Assembly: GCA_037189525.1 (NCBI GenBank)
Contig: JBBCJC010000002.1
Span: 448,001 to 512,000, forward strand
Reading direction: 5' to 3'
From: Gemmatimonadales bacterium
GTDB lineage: Bacteria; Gemmatimonadota; Gemmatimonadetes; Gemmatimonadales; GWC2-71-9
DNA length: 64,000 nt
Below are positions 61,144-64,000 of the stretch, piece by piece (positions within the stretch are counted from its first letter, which is position 1; each line of letters opens with the position of its first letter). The notes beneath the pieces were generated by a model. That model saw only the letters and a program-made list of their open reading frames with translations. It was not told the origin of the DNA and searched no databases. The position numbers and the translations under genes are program-made.

Positions 61144-62583
61144 ATGCGAAATCGGATCGGTCGATTGACCGTCATCGCGGCCACGCTGGGTGCCGCGCCC
61201 GCCCTGGCCCAAACTGCCGCGCAGCTGTCTCAAGCCTCGCGGGCTTTCGTGGCGGTCGATGCGCCGGTCGTGGCATTGACGCGCGTCCGGGTCGTCGATG
61301 GCACCGGCGCCGCTCCTCGGGAGGATCAGACGATCCTGCTGTCCGACGGGAAGATCACCTGGGTCGGGCCGGCCGGTGCCGCGAAGATCCCCGCCGGCGC
61401 CCGCGTGATCGAGTTGAACGGCCACACGGTGATTCCGGGGATGGTCGGCCTCCACAACCATACCTTCTACTACACCGCCGCTCCGCGAGCGGCGCAGGCC
61501 AACTACACCGCGCCGCTGCTCTATCTCGGAGCGGGCGTCACGACCATCCGCACCACCGGCAGCACCTCGCCCTACGCGGAACTCAATCTCAAAGCCAACA
61601 TCGATCGCGGCATTCAGGTCGGGCCGCGCGTGTTCGTGGCCGGTCCCTACCTGATGGGTCCCGGGCCCGACATGCGGCTCAACCTGCTCGGCATGCACGA
61701 ACTCAAGGACCCGGACGCCGCGCGGAAGACAGTGGACTACTGGGCCGAGGAAGGCGTGACCTGGCTCAAGGTGTACACCCAGATCGATCGGGCGACGTTA
61801 GGCGCGGTGGTCGACCAGGCCCACAAGCGTGGCCTCAAGGTCACCGGGCATCTCTGCTCCATCGGCTATCAGGAGGCCGTGGCACTCGGCATGGATGCGC
61901 TCGAGCATGGCATGCTGGCCAACTCGGAGTACTTCGCCGGGAAGCAGCCCGATGTCTGTCCTGCCGGGTTCCGCGACGGGTTCGGCAGTCTCGACATCGC
62001 CAATGATCCGCGCGTCCAGAAGACGATTCGCATGATGCTCGACCGGAAGGTTGCGCTGACGTCCACGCTGGCTGTGTACGAGGCAGGCGCGCCCGGCCGT
62101 TGGTTCCTCGATCCTCGGCTCTGGGACGTCCTCTCGCCCGATGCGCGCGCCGAGGAGGAGCAGCGGCGGGATGCGATGGCAAAGCTGGCGAACCGGTCCG
62201 CCTTTGCCGCCGTGCAGAAGAGCATGGAGTTCGAAGTGGCTTTCTTCCGGGCGGGAGGTGTGCTGGCTGCCGGTGTCGACCCGGCCTTCAACACCCCGGC
62301 CGGCCTGGGCGATCATCGGAACTACGAGTTGTTGCGGGAGGCCGGGCTGACCGGTCCCGAAGCGGTCCAGGTCATGACGCTGAACGGCGCCAAGGTGCTG
62401 GGGATTGATGGCGAAACCGGGTCGATCGCTGCCGGGAAGGCTGCCGACCTGGCGGTGATCCGCGGCGACCCGGTGGCCACGCCGAGTGAGATCCGCAACG
62501 TCACGCTCGTGTTCCGGAACGGGATCGGGTATGACAGCGGCAAGATGCTGGCAGCGGTCAAGGGGCTGGTCGGCCTTCGTTAG
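61144..62583 (+). CDS. Secreted amidohydrolase family protein
   Basis: PGMVGLHNH, GVTTIRT.G, LKVY, TGHLC, LEHG, G.I.AGKAADL. Confidence 0.9.
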   Translation: MRNRIGRLTVIAATLGAAPALAQTAAQLSQASRAFVAVDAPVVALTRVRVVDGTGAAPREDQTILLSDGKITWVGPAGAAKIPAGARVIELNGHTVIPGMVGLHNHTFYYTAAPRAAQANYTAPLLYLGAGVTTIRTTGSTSPYAELNLKANIDRGIQVGPRVFVAGPYLMGPGPDMRLNLLGMHELKDPDAARKTVDYWAEEGVTWLKVYTQIDRATLGAVVDQAHKRGLKVTGHLCSIGYQEAVALGMDALEHGMLANSEYFAGKQPDVCPAGFRDGFGSLDIANDPRVQKTIRMMLDRKVALTSTLAVYEAGAPGRWFLDPRLWDVLSPDARAEEEQRRDAMAKLANRSAFAAVQKSMEFEVAFFRAGGVLAAGVDPAFNTPAGLGDHRNYELLREAGLTGPEAVQVMTLNGAKVLGIDGETGSIAAGKAADLAVIRGDPVATPSEIRNVTLVFRNGIGYDSGKMLAAVKGLVGLR

Positions 62584-62613
62584 GCGTTGCTTGGGTTTGT
62601 GGTTGGTTGGTGG

Positions 62614-62744
62614 GATCGGAGGCGGGGTGTCGCGCGGGCGGCGCCTGGCGCTGCAGTCGCGCCGGTGCGGTGGAGATGATCGTATGGCGGGGGCGCCGAC
62701 TGACGCGCTGGCGGCACCGCCCGCGCGACACCCCGCCTCCGATC
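62614..62744. repeat. 131-bp element with perfect 28-bp inverted repeats (MITE/REP-like or structured RNA)
   Basis: GATCGGAGGCGGGGTGTCGCGCGGGCGG (62614-62641) is the exact reverse complement of 62717-62744. Confidence 0.8.
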
Positions 62745-62784
62745 GCGAAGCGCTCGGTCGGCTTGGGGTGAGGTGCTGGTGTCT

Positions 62785-63918
62785 ATGATCGTGCGGGCGC
62801 TCGTGGTGACGCACCCTGGGCTCGAGTCTGTGCTCGCGACCGAGTTGGCGGGACTCGGGCTCAGCGGCGAGATGATCCCGGGCGGGGTCGAGCTCGAGGC
62901 GACCCTGCTCGACGTGGCGCGAGCCAACCTGATGCTGCGCACCGCCGGACGGATCCTGGTCCGGGTCGACAGCTTTCGGGCCCGAACCTTTCCGGAGTTG
63001 GAACGGCACGCTGCCAAGCTGCCGTGGACCCGTTTTCTCTCTCCCGGCATGCCGGTCCATTTCCGGGTCACCGCCAAGAAATCTCGGCTCTCGCACGAAC
63101 GCGCCATTGCGGAACGATTGGTGCGCGCGCTGCAAACCGTGGCGCCTACGGTGGAGGTCGTAGCGGGCCGCGCGGAGGCCGACTCCGACGCCGACGTCCA
63201 GCGCTTCGTCGTGCGCTTCCATCGCGACGTCTGTACCGTCAGCGCCGACAGCTCGGGTGCGCCGCTCCATCGTCGCGGTTATCGTCTGGATAGCGGCAAG
63301 GCGCCGCTTCGGGAAACGCTCGCGGCCGGTCTGCTGCTCAGCTCGGGATGGGATGGCACCGCGCCGCTGTTCGATCCGTTCTGCGGCTCGGGGGTGATTC
63401 CGATCGAAGCGGCGTTGCTGGCGCGGCGGATTCCGCCGGGTCGCAACCGTCATTTTGCCCTGGAGCGATGGCCGGGCTTCGATCGCGAAGCCTTTCTGGC
63501 CGCGCGCGCCGCCTGTGATGCGGCCATACTGGCCTCGGCTCCGGTTACGATCCGCGGTGCAGATCGCGATGCCGGCGCCATTCGCGGAGCTGCAGCCAAC
63601 GCCGAGCGGGCCGGTGTCGCTGCGGACGTCGAGTGGCTGCAGCAGCCCCTTTCCGCGATGGCGCTTGCCGGGCATCCGGGCGCGATCGTCACCAATCCTC
63701 CCTACGGCGCCCGGATCGGCGAGCGCGGTGCGTTGCGAGATCTGTACGCGCAGCTTGGCAATCTGCTCCGGCGCCAGGGTACCGGATGGAATGTGACGCT
63801 GGTCTCGGCGGATCGCCGGTTGGATGGCCAAGTCGGCGTTCCGTGGGAAGAGCTCATCCGGACCGAGAATGGTGGCCTGCCGGTGCGCTTCGTCCGTACC
63901 CGGCTGCCTGGACCGTGA
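62785..63918 (+). CDS. THUMP-domain class I SAM RNA methyltransferase (RlmL-like)
   Basis: PGLE.VL..EL, DSSG.PLHRRGYR..KAPLRETLAA, DPFCGSG.I.IEAA, TNPPYG.RIG. Confidence 0.9.
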   Translation: MIVRALVVTHPGLESVLATELAGLGLSGEMIPGGVELEATLLDVARANLMLRTAGRILVRVDSFRARTFPELERHAAKLPWTRFLSPGMPVHFRVTAKKSRLSHERAIAERLVRALQTVAPTVEVVAGRAEADSDADVQRFVVRFHRDVCTVSADSSGAPLHRRGYRLDSGKAPLRETLAAGLLLSSGWDGTAPLFDPFCGSGVIPIEAALLARRIPPGRNRHFALERWPGFDREAFLAARAACDAAILASAPVTIRGADRDAGAIRGAAANAERAGVAADVEWLQQPLSAMALAGHPGAIVTNPPYGARIGERGALRDLYAQLGNLLRRQGTGWNVTLVSADRRLDGQVGVPWEELIRTENGGLPVRFVRTRLPGP

Positions 63919-64000
63919 GCGACCGGCTCCCCGTCGAAGTGGTCGTTCCGGAGCTGGCGGCCGCGCTCGACAACATCGGTTCCGCCGTTTTGGTGGCTGA
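63915..64000 (+). CDS. hrpB: Probable HrpB ATP-dependent helicase, N-terminus only
   Basis: GTGA overlap; MSDRLPVEVVVPELAAAL..AVLVA resembles the HrpB start; truncated by the window edge. Confidence 0.55.
   Translation, partial: MSDRLPVEVVVPELAAALDNIGSAVLVA

Overview
High-GC bacterial chromosomal window. The gene content (three PadR + duplicated orphan permease modules, three CocE/NonD hydrolases, many secreted peptidases and lipoproteins) suggests Gemmatimonadota or a similar soil phylum; this is inference only. About 55 CDSs, one tRNA-Phe(GAA) and several terminator hairpins are supported. No CRISPR array, integrase or transposase was seen. Most notable: (1) a mobile mystery protein A/B (HTH + Fic) pair just 3' of tRNA-Phe, where protein A carries a Fic-inhibitor-like SxxxE motif and the AT-rich upstream DNA holds a long palindrome, suggesting an autoregulated Fic toxin-antitoxin-like islet; (2) three PadR/ADOP modules with related but distinct operator-like palindromes over sigma70-like promoters; (3) an ECF43-type sigma factor whose partner kinase seems reduced to a 30-codon stub; (4) an MphA-like macrolide phosphotransferase outside any mobile context; (5) a dgdR-dgdA dialkylglycine decarboxylase locus; (6) a coupled DUF305 + His/Cys-rich secreted protein pair; (7) a repeated ECF promoter motif; (8) a 131-bp element with perfect 28-bp inverted repeats. 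Family calls come from motif recognition by eye, not from database searches.
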